Below the pieces are notes generated by a model. The model worked only from the letters and a program-made list of their open reading frames with translations. It searched no databases and was not told the DNA's origin. Made by a program: the position numbers and the translations under genes. Below, piece after piece: positions 40,712 through 50,619 of a stretch of DNA of 64,000 bases; the first letter of the stretch is position 1; the number at the start of each line of letters is the position of its first letter. The stretch is from a bacterium (lineage in GTDB: Bacteria > UBA8248): NCBI GenBank assembly GCA_965203325.1, contig OZ241875.1:2336001-2400000 (forward strand), read 5' to 3'.

Positions 40712-41641
40712 GTGAATACCGGAGCCGTTCAGGATACGGCGCGGCGGGGCGGCCGCGGCTGGCTCACCCCCGCGCGCAAACAGGCGATGGCGCCCTACCT
40801 GCTCATGGCGCCCGCCTTCATCATCCTGGGCGCGATACTGGTCTATCCCTCCATCTACAACATCTATCTCTCGCTGTGGAAATGGCGGCTCACGACGCCC
40901 CATCTCTCCACCTTCGTCGGCTTCGCGAACTACGTCCACCTGCTCTGGGTCGACCCCGACTTCTGGGAGGTGACCCGCTTCAGCCTGGGCTTCACCGTGG
41001 CCACCATCGCCCTGGAATTCATCATCGGGGTGGCGAGCGCGCTGCTGCTCTACGGCCTCGTGCGCGGCAGGCGGCTCATGACGTCCTTTCTCCTCACCCC
41101 CTACATGGTCGCCCCCATCGCGGTGGGCCTCGGCTGGCGGCTCATGTGGGACCGCGACATCGGCATCGTGAACCTCCTCATCACCCTCGTGGGCGTCGCC
41201 AAGGTGAACTGGCTCGCGGAGACCGGCCCCGCCTTCTGGGCCATCGTGATCTGCGAGGTCTGGCGCTCGACGCCCTTCGTCACCATGATCCTCCTGGCGG
41301 GCATCACGGCGCTCCCCAACGAGGTGTTCGAGGCCGCCCACGTGGACGGCGCGAACCGGGTGCAGGTGTTCCGGCGGATCACCTTCCCGCTCATCCTGCC
41401 CCCGCTGGTGGTGGCGCTGCTCTTCCAGACCATCTTCAAGCTGCGGGTGTTCGACATCCCCTACATACTCACAGAAGGAGGCCCCGGCACGTCCACCATG
41501 CCATACGGCCTGTTCATCCAGCGCATTTATTTTCGCTATTTCGACGTGGGCAACGCGGCGGCCACCTCGGTCATCCTCCTCGTGCTGGGCGCGGGGATCG
41601 CGTTTGCCTATCTGCGGCTCATCCAGGACAGGGACGGCTAG
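40712..41641 (+). CDS. CUT1 ABC transporter permease (start uncertain)
   Basis: FVGFANY; EAA loop EAAHVDGA; hydrophobic helices. Confidence 0.9.
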   Translation: MNTGAVQDTARRGGRGWLTPARKQAMAPYLLMAPAFIILGAILVYPSIYNIYLSLWKWRLTTPHLSTFVGFANYVHLLWVDPDFWEVTRFSLGFTVATIALEFIIGVASALLLYGLVRGRRLMTSFLLTPYMVAPIAVGLGWRLMWDRDIGIVNLLITLVGVAKVNWLAETGPAFWAIVICEVWRSTPFVTMILLAGITALPNEVFEAAHVDGANRVQVFRRITFPLILPPLVVALLFQTIFKLRVFDIPYILTEGGPGTSTMPYGLFIQRIYFRYFDVGNAAATSVILLVLGAGIAFAYLRLIQDRDG

Positions 41642-41644
41642 GCC

Positions 41645-42493
41645 ATGGCGCGCGGCGAAGAGCAGATCGGGCCGGGGATTCCCTCCTTCCCGGCGGCGCG
41701 CGGGGCGATGATGGTCCTGCTCGCGTTCAGCCTGTTCCCGATCGTCTGGATCATGCTCACCTCGGTGAAGAACGAGACCGCCATCTTCTCCATCCCGCCC
41801 AAGGTCTTCGTCACCCCGGATTTCTCCTCCTACTGGAAGTTCCTGGGCTTCGGAAACGAATCCGCACTCCGGTTCATCTGGAACAGCACCTTCATCGCGG
41901 TGGTGACGACCTTTCTGACGCTCCTGGTCTCCTCCCTGGCCGCCTACGCGTTCTCGCGCTACCGCTTCCGGGCGTCGAACTACCTGCTCTTCTTCATGCT
42001 GGCGACGCGGCTGCTGCCGCCCGTCACGGCGGTGGTTCCGCTCTATCTTCTGTTCCGCTATCTCCAGATACTCGATACGCGCTTCATCCTGATCCTCATC
42101 TACACCGCCTTGAACATCCCGTTCGGCACCTGGCTGATGAAGGCGTTTTTCGACGGCATCCCGAAAGAACTCGAAGAGGCCGCGGCTTTGGACGGCTGCG
42201 GCGCGCTGCGCACGCTGGCGCGGGTGACCTTCCCCCTCGCGTCATCGGGCATCGCGGCGACCTCCATCTTCGTCTTCCTGCTGGCCTGGAACGAGTTCAT
42301 GTTCGCGTTCATGCTGACGAACGTGTACGCGCGCACCATCCCCGTCCGGCTGGCGGAGACGATGGGCGAGATGCAGGTCTTCTGGCAGGACATGTCCACC
42401 CTGGCGACGCTGATCATGCTGCCCGCCCTGCTGGTGGGCTTTTTCATGCAGCGCTATCTCATCCGCGCCCTGACGGCCGGAGCGGTGAAGTGA
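41645..42493 (+). CDS. CUT1 ABC transporter permease
   Basis: IPKELEEAAALDG, AWNEF, GAVK C-terminus. Confidence 0.92.
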   Translation: MARGEEQIGPGIPSFPAARGAMMVLLAFSLFPIVWIMLTSVKNETAIFSIPPKVFVTPDFSSYWKFLGFGNESALRFIWNSTFIAVVTTFLTLLVSSLAAYAFSRYRFRASNYLLFFMLATRLLPPVTAVVPLYLLFRYLQILDTRFILILIYTALNIPFGTWLMKAFFDGIPKELEEAAALDGCGALRTLARVTFPLASSGIAATSIFVFLLAWNEFMFAFMLTNVYARTIPVRLAETMGEMQVFWQDMSTLATLIMLPALLVGFFMQRYLIRALTAGAVK

Positions 42494-42538
42494 TGGATGT
42501 GTTGGGGGTCGAACGCGACCGGGGAGGGAGAATACTTC

Positions 42539-42708
42539 ACTTCCCCCTTGAGGGTCTGGCTTCCCGAGGGGAAAGCCAGACGATGAAGCCGAGCGGTTTG
42601 TGCGAAGGCTGAATCGGTGGGGGGAGATTTATTCTGTGACATGTCCCCCCACCGAATCGCTTGCGGGCTTACGCCCTTAGCTCTTCGACTCCCCCTCAAG
42701 GGGGGAGT
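42539..42708. repeat. ~150-bp palindromic element variant with an inverted central loop
   Basis: Flanks in the same orientation as other copies; loop 42626-42643 is the reverse complement. Confidence 0.8.
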
Positions 42709-42868
42709 GAAATTCAACGCGCTCCCTCAGGGGACTTTTTCAACAACCCCTTCAAGGGGGGGAGTGGTTGCCGGGCGCTCTGCATGGGAGAAGTAATCCC
42801 GCCCGGCCTGCAAGGCGTTTTTCACCAGCCGCGTTCGGGGCGCGGCACGCGATGATGGAGGAGTCGGT

Positions 42869-43945
42869 TTGGGCACGGTGAGTCTCGAGAACCTGAGCAA
42901 GCACTTCGGCAGCGTGCGCGCCGTGGACGGCATCGACCTCGAAGTCGCCGAGGGGGAGTTCCTCGTCTTGGTGGGGCCGTCGGGCTGCGGGAAGACGACG
43001 ACGCTGCGCATGGTGGCCGGCTTGGAGTTTCCCACCGACGGGGAGATCCGCGTCTCGGGCGAGCGCGTGAACGAGATTCCCGCCAAGGACCGCAACATGG
43101 CCATGGTGTTCCAGAACTACGCCCTCTACCCCCACATGACGGTCTACGAGAACATGGCCTTCGGCCTGCGCGTGCGGCGGTTTTCCGCGGGCGACATCGA
43201 CCGCCGCGTCAAGGAGGCCGCCGCCCTCATGGGGCTCGAAGACCTCCTCCACCGCAAGCCCCGCCAGCTCTCCGGCGGCCAGCGCCAGCGCGTGGCGGTC
43301 TGCCGGGCCATCGTGCGCGACCCGGTCGCTTTTCTTTTCGACGAGCCGCTCAGCAACCTGGACGCCAAGCTCCGCGTCACCGCCCGGGCGGAGATACGCA
43401 AGCTCCAGCGCCGCCTGGGCACGACCTCGGTCTACGTCACCCACGACCAGACCGAGGCGATGACGATGGGAGACCGCATCGTCGTCATGGACTTGGGAAA
43501 AATCCTGCAGGTGGGGCCGCCCATCGATCTCTACGACCGGCCCGTCAACCGCTTCGTGGCGGGGTTTCTGGGCAGCCCGGCCATGAACTTCATCGAGGGC
43601 CGCGCGCAGCGGGCGGAGGGCGGCCTCGAACTCGAAGCGGGCGCCCTGCGCTTCCCGCTGCCTCGGGCGTGCCGGGAGGGAGAGGCCTATGTTCTCGGCT
43701 TCCGCCCCGAGCACCTGGGCTTTCAGGACGCAGGCGCGCGCCCCGTCTCCGCCGAGGGCCGGGTGGAGCTCGTCGAGCCGCTGGGTTCGGACACCTTCGT
43801 CGCCCTCGATATCGACGGAATCGTCCTCACCGTGAAGGAAGAGGGCCATTTCCGCGCCCGGGTGGGCGAGAACATCCGGGTGTTCTTCGACATGGAAAAC
43901 GTCCACCCCTTCGACGGCGCTACCGGCGCGCGTGTGGAGGGGTGA
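42869..43945 (+). CDS. MalK/UgpC-type ABC transporter ATP-binding protein
   Basis: GPSGCGKT, LSGGQRQR, DEPLSNLD, THDQ, TOBE domain; TTG start after GGAGGAG. Confidence 0.93.
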   Translation: MGTVSLENLSKHFGSVRAVDGIDLEVAEGEFLVLVGPSGCGKTTTLRMVAGLEFPTDGEIRVSGERVNEIPAKDRNMAMVFQNYALYPHMTVYENMAFGLRVRRFSAGDIDRRVKEAAALMGLEDLLHRKPRQLSGGQRQRVAVCRAIVRDPVAFLFDEPLSNLDAKLRVTARAEIRKLQRRLGTTSVYVTHDQTEAMTMGDRIVVMDLGKILQVGPPIDLYDRPVNRFVAGFLGSPAMNFIEGRAQRAEGGLELEAGALRFPLPRACREGEAYVLGFRPEHLGFQDAGARPVSAEGRVELVEPLGSDTFVALDIDGIVLTVKEEGHFRARVGENIRVFFDMENVHPFDGATGARVEG

Positions 43946-44000
43946 GGGGGGGACGAATTTCCCTCGTTCCACACCTTTCCCTCATAACAATCCCTCTTCA

Positions 44001-44108
44001 CTCTGAGTAGTCCTGAGCTTGTCGAAGGACGTATCGAAGGGCGCTCCCCGGATCTTGATGCGGCTCCCTCGATACGGCGCGGGGGCGCGCCTACTCGGGA
44101 TGAGGGAG
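44001..44108. repeat. GTCCTGAGCTTGTCGAAGGAC-type palindromic element
   Basis: Nested inverted segments GAGTAG/CTACTC and CGTATCGA/TCGATACG. Confidence 0.55.
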
Positions 44109-44350
44109 ATTTCCGCACGCGCACCCTCGCCGACGAATTTCTGAAAAATATGATTAATCATTGTCATGAACCCGGTGTCGGCGCGATAGTATGATTGGCT
44201 CCGTTTGTCTACGATAACATGTTGTTTATAATATTATATTTCTGTTATTCCGTACCCAGCTACCCCTTCCGTTTTCGCCAAATATCTGCTTGAATAGCCC
44301 CCGGTATGATGCCGCGCGTATGCGATTTGATTACAGATTCGGGAGGCGGG

Positions 44351-45319
44351 ATGCCGAAGCGAAGCGATCTGAAACTCACGAAGCGCACCGTCGACGCCCT
44401 GGAAGTGGATTCTAAAAACGCTCTTTTCTGGGACCGGGAGCTGGCGGGCTTCGGGGTGCGCGTCCACGCCACGGGCCGGAAGACCTGGGTGGTGCAGTCC
44501 CGGGGTCCCGGGGGTCCCAAGCGTCTGACGCTCGGCCGTCACGGGGAGTTGCCCGTCGACGAGGCCAGGAAACAGGCCGCCCACATCATCGCTCGCATCA
44601 AGGCGGGCGAGGAGGCGGTGCCCGAACCGATGAAGCCTGCGGGAGGCCCCACGGTAAATGAGGTGTGCGCGCGCTATCTCACGGAATACGTCTCCGTGCG
44701 GTGCAAGCCGGGCACCGCCGCGCTCTACCGCTCGGTGATCGACCGCCACGTCCTGCCCGCCCTGGGCAAGCTGCCGCTGGCTGCGCTCTCGCGCGCACAG
44801 GTGGCAGAATTCCATGAGAGTCTTTATGAGACGCCCGCGGTGGCGGCCATCCGGCTTCTGGCGCTTACCGGGTGCCGCAGGAGCGAGGTGCTCGGGCTGC
44901 GCCGCGAGGACGTGGCGCTCGAAGCGGCCGAACTCAGGCTGCCCGATTCCAAGACGGGCGCGCGGGCGGTCCCGCTCCCGCCGCAGGCGGTCGAGCTTCT
45001 CAGAAGTCTCCTGAGGGCCCACGACGGCCCCTGGGTCATGCCGGGCAGGAAGCCGGGGACGCGCTTAAGGAACATCGACGAGGCATGGCGAATGATAAGG
45101 GAGCACGCGGGCCTGGAGGACGTAAGGCTGCACGACCTGCGCCATTCCTGGACCTCGCGGGCGCTTGCGCTCGGCGAGGCGCTGCCCGTGATCGGGAAGC
45201 TCCTGGGCCACAGCAAGATGGAGACGACGGCGCGCTACGCGCACCTCGCGCGCGATTCGGCGCAGGAGGCGGCCGAGCGGGTCGCGCAGAGCATCGAGGC
45301 GGACATGCTGCAAGGATAG
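44351..45319 (+). CDS. Tyrosine integrase with arm-binding domain; probable internal in-frame deletion
   Basis: WDRELAGFGVRV arm-binding domain; TGCRRSE, KTG, HDLRHS, LGHS, RYAH; only 322 aa. Confidence 0.85.
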   Translation: MPKRSDLKLTKRTVDALEVDSKNALFWDRELAGFGVRVHATGRKTWVVQSRGPGGPKRLTLGRHGELPVDEARKQAAHIIARIKAGEEAVPEPMKPAGGPTVNEVCARYLTEYVSVRCKPGTAALYRSVIDRHVLPALGKLPLAALSRAQVAEFHESLYETPAVAAIRLLALTGCRRSEVLGLRREDVALEAAELRLPDSKTGARAVPLPPQAVELLRSLLRAHDGPWVMPGRKPGTRLRNIDEAWRMIREHAGLEDVRLHDLRHSWTSRALALGEALPVIGKLLGHSKMETTARYAHLARDSAQEAAERVAQSIEADMLQG

Positions 45320-45719
45320 CGGGAGCGCAGCGAGCAGGCGGCGGAATACCGGCCACGCGGCCGCCTGCGTCGTGGTCGAGCGACTCCCGGCGTTTTTGTT
45401 CATGCACCTCTCCTCTTGTCCCGCTCGCCCGTCCTGCGTCATGCAGGCGGGAATCCGCACCGTACCTCCGACCAACTGTGCGGGACACGCATAACCGATG
45501 GGATGGACGCGCCCGATTGTTCGGCTTTCCAAACCTTCACCAACTCGCCGGAATACGCCTCGCCTTCCAAATCCGTAAAAGCATCCGGGGCTCACACGCA
45601 CACATTCCCCACGTCATCGACATCGAAGGTTCGGCCATCGGAGGGTCCGTTTCTATCGGAATGAAAACCGGAGTGCGTTCTGGTGGAGGTCCTGGTTTCA
45701 CCTCGAGCCTTCAGGGCGT

Positions 45720-46874
45720 TCAGAAGACACCCTCCCGGGTTTCGGCGAGCACCATATCCACCACGGAGCGCATGGCCTCTTCGCGGCTGTCGCCATTCAG
45801 GCGGCAAAGACGGAAATGATCGGCTTGCCGGTCCGCGCTGCTGCCCTCCCGGATGATGGTGAGCACGTGGCGCATTTCATCCTCGCACGCCAGCGCCCGG
45901 GCGTCGGGGGAGAGTTTCCCGATCAGCTCCGTTGCGTAGTCCTCGATGTCCACCCGCCCTCCGAGGTCCATGTCGCCCAGAAAGGCCAGCACGCCGTATC
46001 GCTGGGCGAGCCAGCGGTTCTCGGCGATAATCTCCGTGGGCGGCTCGGGCGGGAGGCGGCCCTCGCGGTCCAGGCGCGCCAGCCACCGGATCAGGGAGGC
46101 GTAGAGGGCGATGATGCTCGCTGCGTCCTCGAGGCGCGGGCAGGTATCGCATATGCGAAGCTCCAGCGTCGGGTGAGCGTGGGAGGGGCGGATGTCCCAC
46201 CACACTTCGCTGCCGTCCCTGATGACCTCGATGCGCCGGTAGTCTTCCACGATGCGGTCGTACTCCGCCCGGGTGCGCAACGGGCCGGGAATGCTGGTGC
46301 GCGGAAGCACGCCGAGGAGGTTCAGCCGCCAGGATTTCAAGCCGGTCTCGCCCCCGCCGTAGAACGGCGAGGACGTCGACAGCGCGTGGAAAAGGGGAAG
46401 GTATCTCCGCAGCGACGTCATGACCCGGATGCGCGATTCCGGGTCGCCGAAGCCGGCGTGGACGTGCATGGCGGTCAGGCAGATCCGGCGGAAGCTCTCC
46501 TGATAGGTGGCCGCGAACCGCTCGTAGCGCTCCTTCGGCGTGACCAGCTGCGTTCGCCATTGCGCGAAAGGATGCGTGGAGGCGGCCATCACGGCTGCGC
46601 CGTGCTCCTCGGCCGCCTCGATAACGACCCGCCGGGTCTCGCGCAGCGCCTCGCACGCCTCGGCCACCGAGCCGCAGACGCGTGTGTTGGTTTCGAGTTG
46701 GGCGCGAAGGAATTCGGGCACCACCTTGTGAGGGCCGCGCCTCCTCTCGCAGGCCGCGAGGATGCCCGGGTCGGGTTCGGCCAGAAGGTCGCGGGTGTCG
46801 GGGTCGACGAGAAACAGCTCCTCCTCCACCCCAAGAGTAATCTCCGGAACTTCCCGGTGCGCTGAGCCACTCAC
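45720..46874 (-). CDS. Carboxylate-amine ligase (YbdK/GCS2 glutamate--cysteine ligase family)
   Basis: LGVEEELFLVD, HVH, SSPF, WWDIRP, TLELRICD, ENRWLAQRYG. Confidence 0.9.
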   Translation of the reverse strand: MSGSAHREVPEITLGVEEELFLVDPDTRDLLAEPDPGILAACERRRGPHKVVPEFLRAQLETNTRVCGSVAEACEALRETRRVVIEAAEEHGAAVMAASTHPFAQWRTQLVTPKERYERFAATYQESFRRICLTAMHVHAGFGDPESRIRVMTSLRRYLPLFHALSTSSPFYGGGETGLKSWRLNLLGVLPRTSIPGPLRTRAEYDRIVEDYRRIEVIRDGSEVWWDIRPSHAHPTLELRICDTCPRLEDAASIIALYASLIRWLARLDREGRLPPEPPTEIIAENRWLAQRYGVLAFLGDMDLGGRVDIEDYATELIGKLSPDARALACEDEMRHVLTIIREGSSADRQADHFRLCRLNGDSREEAMRSVVDMVLAETREGVF

Positions 46875-47013
46875 GATTCGCCGCCTCCATTCAGTGCGCA
46901 ATGCCGCCTTTCGGTGAATCTGGATATAGAAGAGCGAGTTGAAGACTCATGATACCTGGCAGGGCAGTGCTTGTCATGCCATGGCGCATCATAGCCGGCC
47001 ACTTCTGGGACGC

Positions 47014-47608
47014 GCCCCTCTCCGCTCACGCGGTAGCGCTCCAGCGTCTTGGGCGAGAGGCCGAGCCAGGCGGCCGCCTCCCGTGTGTCCAGGTGGCTCT
47101 CCTCCGCGCGCTCATCGACGTCTCCCGCGGCGCCGGGTTCCCCGGCGGCGTCCCACGTCCCGTCGAACGGATCGGAGAGGTCCGCGAGCCTCTCGCGTAT
47201 GGCGCGGATCTCCTCTCGGGTCGCGCCCGCCGCCATCCAGGCGCGCACCCGGTCGAAGGTCTTGAGATACGGCGAGACGCCCCGGCGCAGCCGCCCCACG
47301 AAGGAGGGGTTCCCCACGGTCTCCTCGCCCAGGATCGAGACCTTGGTCCCGCTCACCGCGAGAAACGCCTCGACCTCGGCCCGCAGGAGCGGTCTCAGGG
47401 GCGGGTACCCCATGAACGCGAGCACCCGGTCCGCCGTGTCGACCCGCAGGGGCCGCCCCCGGGCGTGCAGTCCCACGAAGCCGGGAACCCCCAGCGCGCC
47501 CACCCCGAAGCGCCTCGCGCTCATCCCGCGGCGCGCGCGCCAGAGCGCAATGCTCCGGCGCAGCCGCTCGTCCAGCGGGGTGCCGGTATCGTCGTCGAAC
47601 GCGGTCAT
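47014..47608 (-). pseudogene. Twin XRE-like domains plus truncated excisionase/HTH_17 domain
   Basis: Two similar ~50-aa units (FG..ALG.PGFV...G.PL...ADRV..FM), then LDTREAAAWLGLSPKTLERYRVSGEG, after which similarity stops. Confidence 0.6.
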
Positions 47609-48556
47609 GGCGCGCGAACATAAGGAAAGAACGAGCGCCCGTTCAATCGTTGTTTCTAGTGCGGAAGGTACACCCGGGAAGAGTCCGCGCCTGCGTCCGT
47701 GCGCGGATCGCTCATCGGTTCAGCCTGAAATCAAGGGGGTTTTCAAAGAAGCAAGGACGTAAAATGATACAGAAACAAACGCTACGGAAAAAAGGAACAA
47801 TGGCGCTCACACCGCAGTGGGCTGTTTCGCGAGTCGTCCCTGCGAATGACCGGCGATTGGCGGTGAACGGTATCTCGAACTGCCGCAGTTCGGGAACTGC
47901 TGTTACGGCTTGGCTGAATGATTGGCCCGAGCGCTCGTAATCGTTCAACCAAACCGTGACGGATTAGGTCTCAGAGCCAAACAGAGACGAGTTGACGGTG
48001 ACCTCTACGAGAAGAAAGTCGATGTCGGAATGCAGTCCATGCACCAAAGTTGCCTGAATGTTCTGCCGATTCGGGTGGTGGCAAAAATATTAGGCCGGGC
48101 AGTCACGTTTGGACAACCACCGAACCACCGCTGCCTGGATGCTTCCATCACGGCCTGCTTGAACGGTTACGCACGATGCTCCGGCAGGCACGCCCCGGGA
48201 TGCGCAGAGGCTTGATTCCCCTCATTTCCGTTTTGATTACTTGCTGCGAATGGTGGATTCCGAACGAGACCCGGGGGAAATGAATGCTTCTCAATGATAT
48301 CAACGGGATCAGGAGATTTTACAGCCGCTGAAAACCCCCCACTGCCTGAAAGCGGGCGCAATATTCAACTTAGATTTGAAAGCTCATCAAACTGTGTTCA
48401 CAAGTTTCTGCTCTATACATTCAAGACGCTACTTTGACTTCCACCACCTAACCCATGGAACTTGCGTGTGGCTTCTGAATCTTTGGCGATTATCCCCTTG
48501 ATAAACCCTTAATGCTATAGCAATGTCTTCTCTGCAATTTCCAGGAAGGAGATATT

Positions 48557-49112
48557 GTGAATATTGGAGAAGAAAATTGCGGTGAATATCTGCGCTGGTT
48601 CAAGGGCTGTGATTTCGTTCAATGCAATACAAAGCTTATAGATGCGCAAGGGGAAATAGATGTTGTAGGCATCAATCTTGCCGACAGAATTGTCTGCGCT
48701 TGCGAGGTCGCGACCCATTTGGTTCTCGGATTGCAATACGTCAAGAACAAAAGGCCGGATAATGTGGATCGGCTGACGAGAAAATTCGAGAAAGATTTTG
48801 ATTATCTGGAAAAATTATTTCCTGACTACGAAAAAACCATGATGCTATGGTCTCCCATCGTAAAAAACCAAAAGCCGGGTTCAAAATATAATCAGTGCGC
48901 TGATGTTCGAAGAATTGCCGACCGGGTCAAGAAAAGTAAGGGAGTTGCCGTACAAATTGTTCATAAACGAATCCTGCCAGGAAGTCCTGATGAAGCTCCG
49001 AGAAATAGCCGGCGGAGAAACGAAAGAACTCGGATCATTCATGCGCTACATGCAGATTGAAGAGTATCTAAAAAGGCATGTAGCAAGAATAAGCAAATCA
49101 GGGAGAAGATAG
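48557..49112 (+). pseudogene. Frameshifted hypothetical protein, PD-(D/E)xK-like nuclease fold suspected
   Basis: AAGGAG RBS plus GTG; GEIDVVG...CEV; coding-like sequence continues in another frame (INES...ETKEL) after ~48960; AT-rich. Confidence 0.55.
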
Positions 49113-49346
49113 AAGTTATTTCTTGCCTGGCGGGCTTTTCTGATCAGACTTCTTTTCCGGTTTCGCTTGCATGAGCGCACCAACGAGAGAAGGAAAAGGC
49201 TTGTTGCCTATCTTTTGGGGAAGGGGAATTGTTTTGAACAGGGAGCAAGGCCCCAACCAACTCTAGAAAATAAAAGATGACCGGCATGAACCGGATCGCG
49301 TTGTAATTAAGTATAATTCCCTTTTCCGAAGCGTTCGGTGCCCGGG

Positions 49347-50357
49347 CTACTGGCGTTTCGCGCCGAAGGCCCCCACGATACCGTTCCTCCGGAATTCGCC
49401 ACCCACTTCCTGATGCCTGGGGCCGGTGAACATCCCGGTGATGTACTCGTTCCCGTCTCTCTCTCCAGTAAGTCCGCCGAACAAGCCGTCGTCCTGTATG
49501 CGAAGGTTCTCCCAACTCACGTCATCATGAGGGGTTCCCTCGGTGACGTTATGGATATTGGTGAATGAAACATCGACATCGGGAGCCGCGAGATCGTCGA
49601 TCGTGATCCGCGCGTCGCCGAGAAACACATCCGGCCCGCTCCGTAACAAAGCCAGGGCCCTGTCGGAGCCGGCTTCCGGGGATTCCATCCCGACCATGAC
49701 GCCCGCCCATGTGGCTGACCCCACGCCCGTGGGCGTCGTTCCGGAGTAACTGCCCGCCATGAAGCCGAAGGCAATTCCGTTTTCGTAGTCCGGAGCCGTT
49801 CCCGAACACCCTGCCACGCCGACCGAACACCAGCGGGAGACGGAAACGCGGAATTCCGTGTGATCGAGCCAACCGCCGTAGGTTAGAACATCCAAGAGAG
49901 TTGTCCGAGCTGTCTCCCCGGCTTCGAGCACCGGCAGGTTTCGGGTGATGCGGGCCTTGTATTCAGCGACAGGAACATCGTTGTGGTCCAGCACTGGAGC
50001 GAATTGCCGAGTGTTGTCCGGAGGCGGCTCCAGGTCGCACTCGCCGGGCGAGCATGGGTCAGTCTCTACCTGGACGGCCGATGCGGGGTTTGCGCCGATA
50101 CTGACAGGCCCCAGGATCACTCGGTGGGTAGACTTCCTCGTGGCCGCCCTCCAGGCCGTGGACACTTGTGCGCTTGTCATGCGAAGCGTTGGGTTGCCGT
50201 CTGCGAAGCGTTTCCACTTGTCCGATAGCGACATCTTGCTGTCATCGCCGTTGGGGCCGCCCATGGAAACCGTGCCGCCACCGCCGCATCCGGAGAGCGC
50301 CAACGCAAGCGCCACCACTATAGCGAGCGAAGAAACGCCTGGCCGCCGGGAATGCAA
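49347..50357 (-). CDS. Putative surface lipoprotein with TbpB-like C-terminal beta-barrel
   Basis: Lipobox LSGC-GGGG; SATWAG...GDARITI...GMFTGPRHQEVGGEF...GAFGAKR. Confidence 0.7.
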   Translation of the reverse strand: MHSRRPGVSSLAIVVALALALSGCGGGGTVSMGGPNGDDSKMSLSDKWKRFADGNPTLRMTSAQVSTAWRAATRKSTHRVILGPVSIGANPASAVQVETDPCSPGECDLEPPPDNTRQFAPVLDHNDVPVAEYKARITRNLPVLEAGETARTTLLDVLTYGGWLDHTEFRVSVSRWCSVGVAGCSGTAPDYENGIAFGFMAGSYSGTTPTGVGSATWAGVMVGMESPEAGSDRALALLRSGPDVFLGDARITIDDLAAPDVDVSFTNIHNVTEGTPHDDVSWENLRIQDDGLFGGLTGERDGNEYITGMFTGPRHQEVGGEFRRNGIVGAFGAKRQ

Positions 50358-50526
50358 TTCCGAAACCCTCCTCGCACTTGCCGTAAAGAAGCCGCCTGAG
50401 GTCTTGCCGCCAACTTACTATCCCGCCGCGAACGCTGCAAGCAAATATCCGGCGGTATCGGGAACCTCTGTCGTGGTATGCGGGCACTCGCGATTGCTTC
50501 GCGCATCCCTCCGAATCAGCACCGGA

Positions 50527-50619
50527 CAGCTTGCGTTTGACGGCCCCTGCCACCCGCTCTGCCGCGTCTCTCGGCATCGCGTCGTCGAGATGGACGTAGC
50601 GGATAGTGGTGGAGGCGCG
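50527..50619 (-). pseudogene. C-terminal remnant of a second tyrosine integrase
   Basis: RASTTIRYVHLDDAMPRDAAERVAGAV resembles the ETTARYAHLARDSAQEAAERVA end of 44351-45319. Confidence 0.6.

Noticed and set aside
40522..42612. Long alternative-frame ORFs (696 aa here; also 50972-53317, 35063-36805, 16343-17860)
   Set aside because: Arg/Pro/Gly-rich or antisense shadows of well-supported genes, expected in high-GC DNA
664..44108. CRISPR array
   Set aside because: Repeats are dispersed palindromes without regular unique spacers, and no cas genes are present
47650..48480. Short ORFs in the island interior
   Set aside because: Multiple stops and no recognisable family; probably degraded DNA
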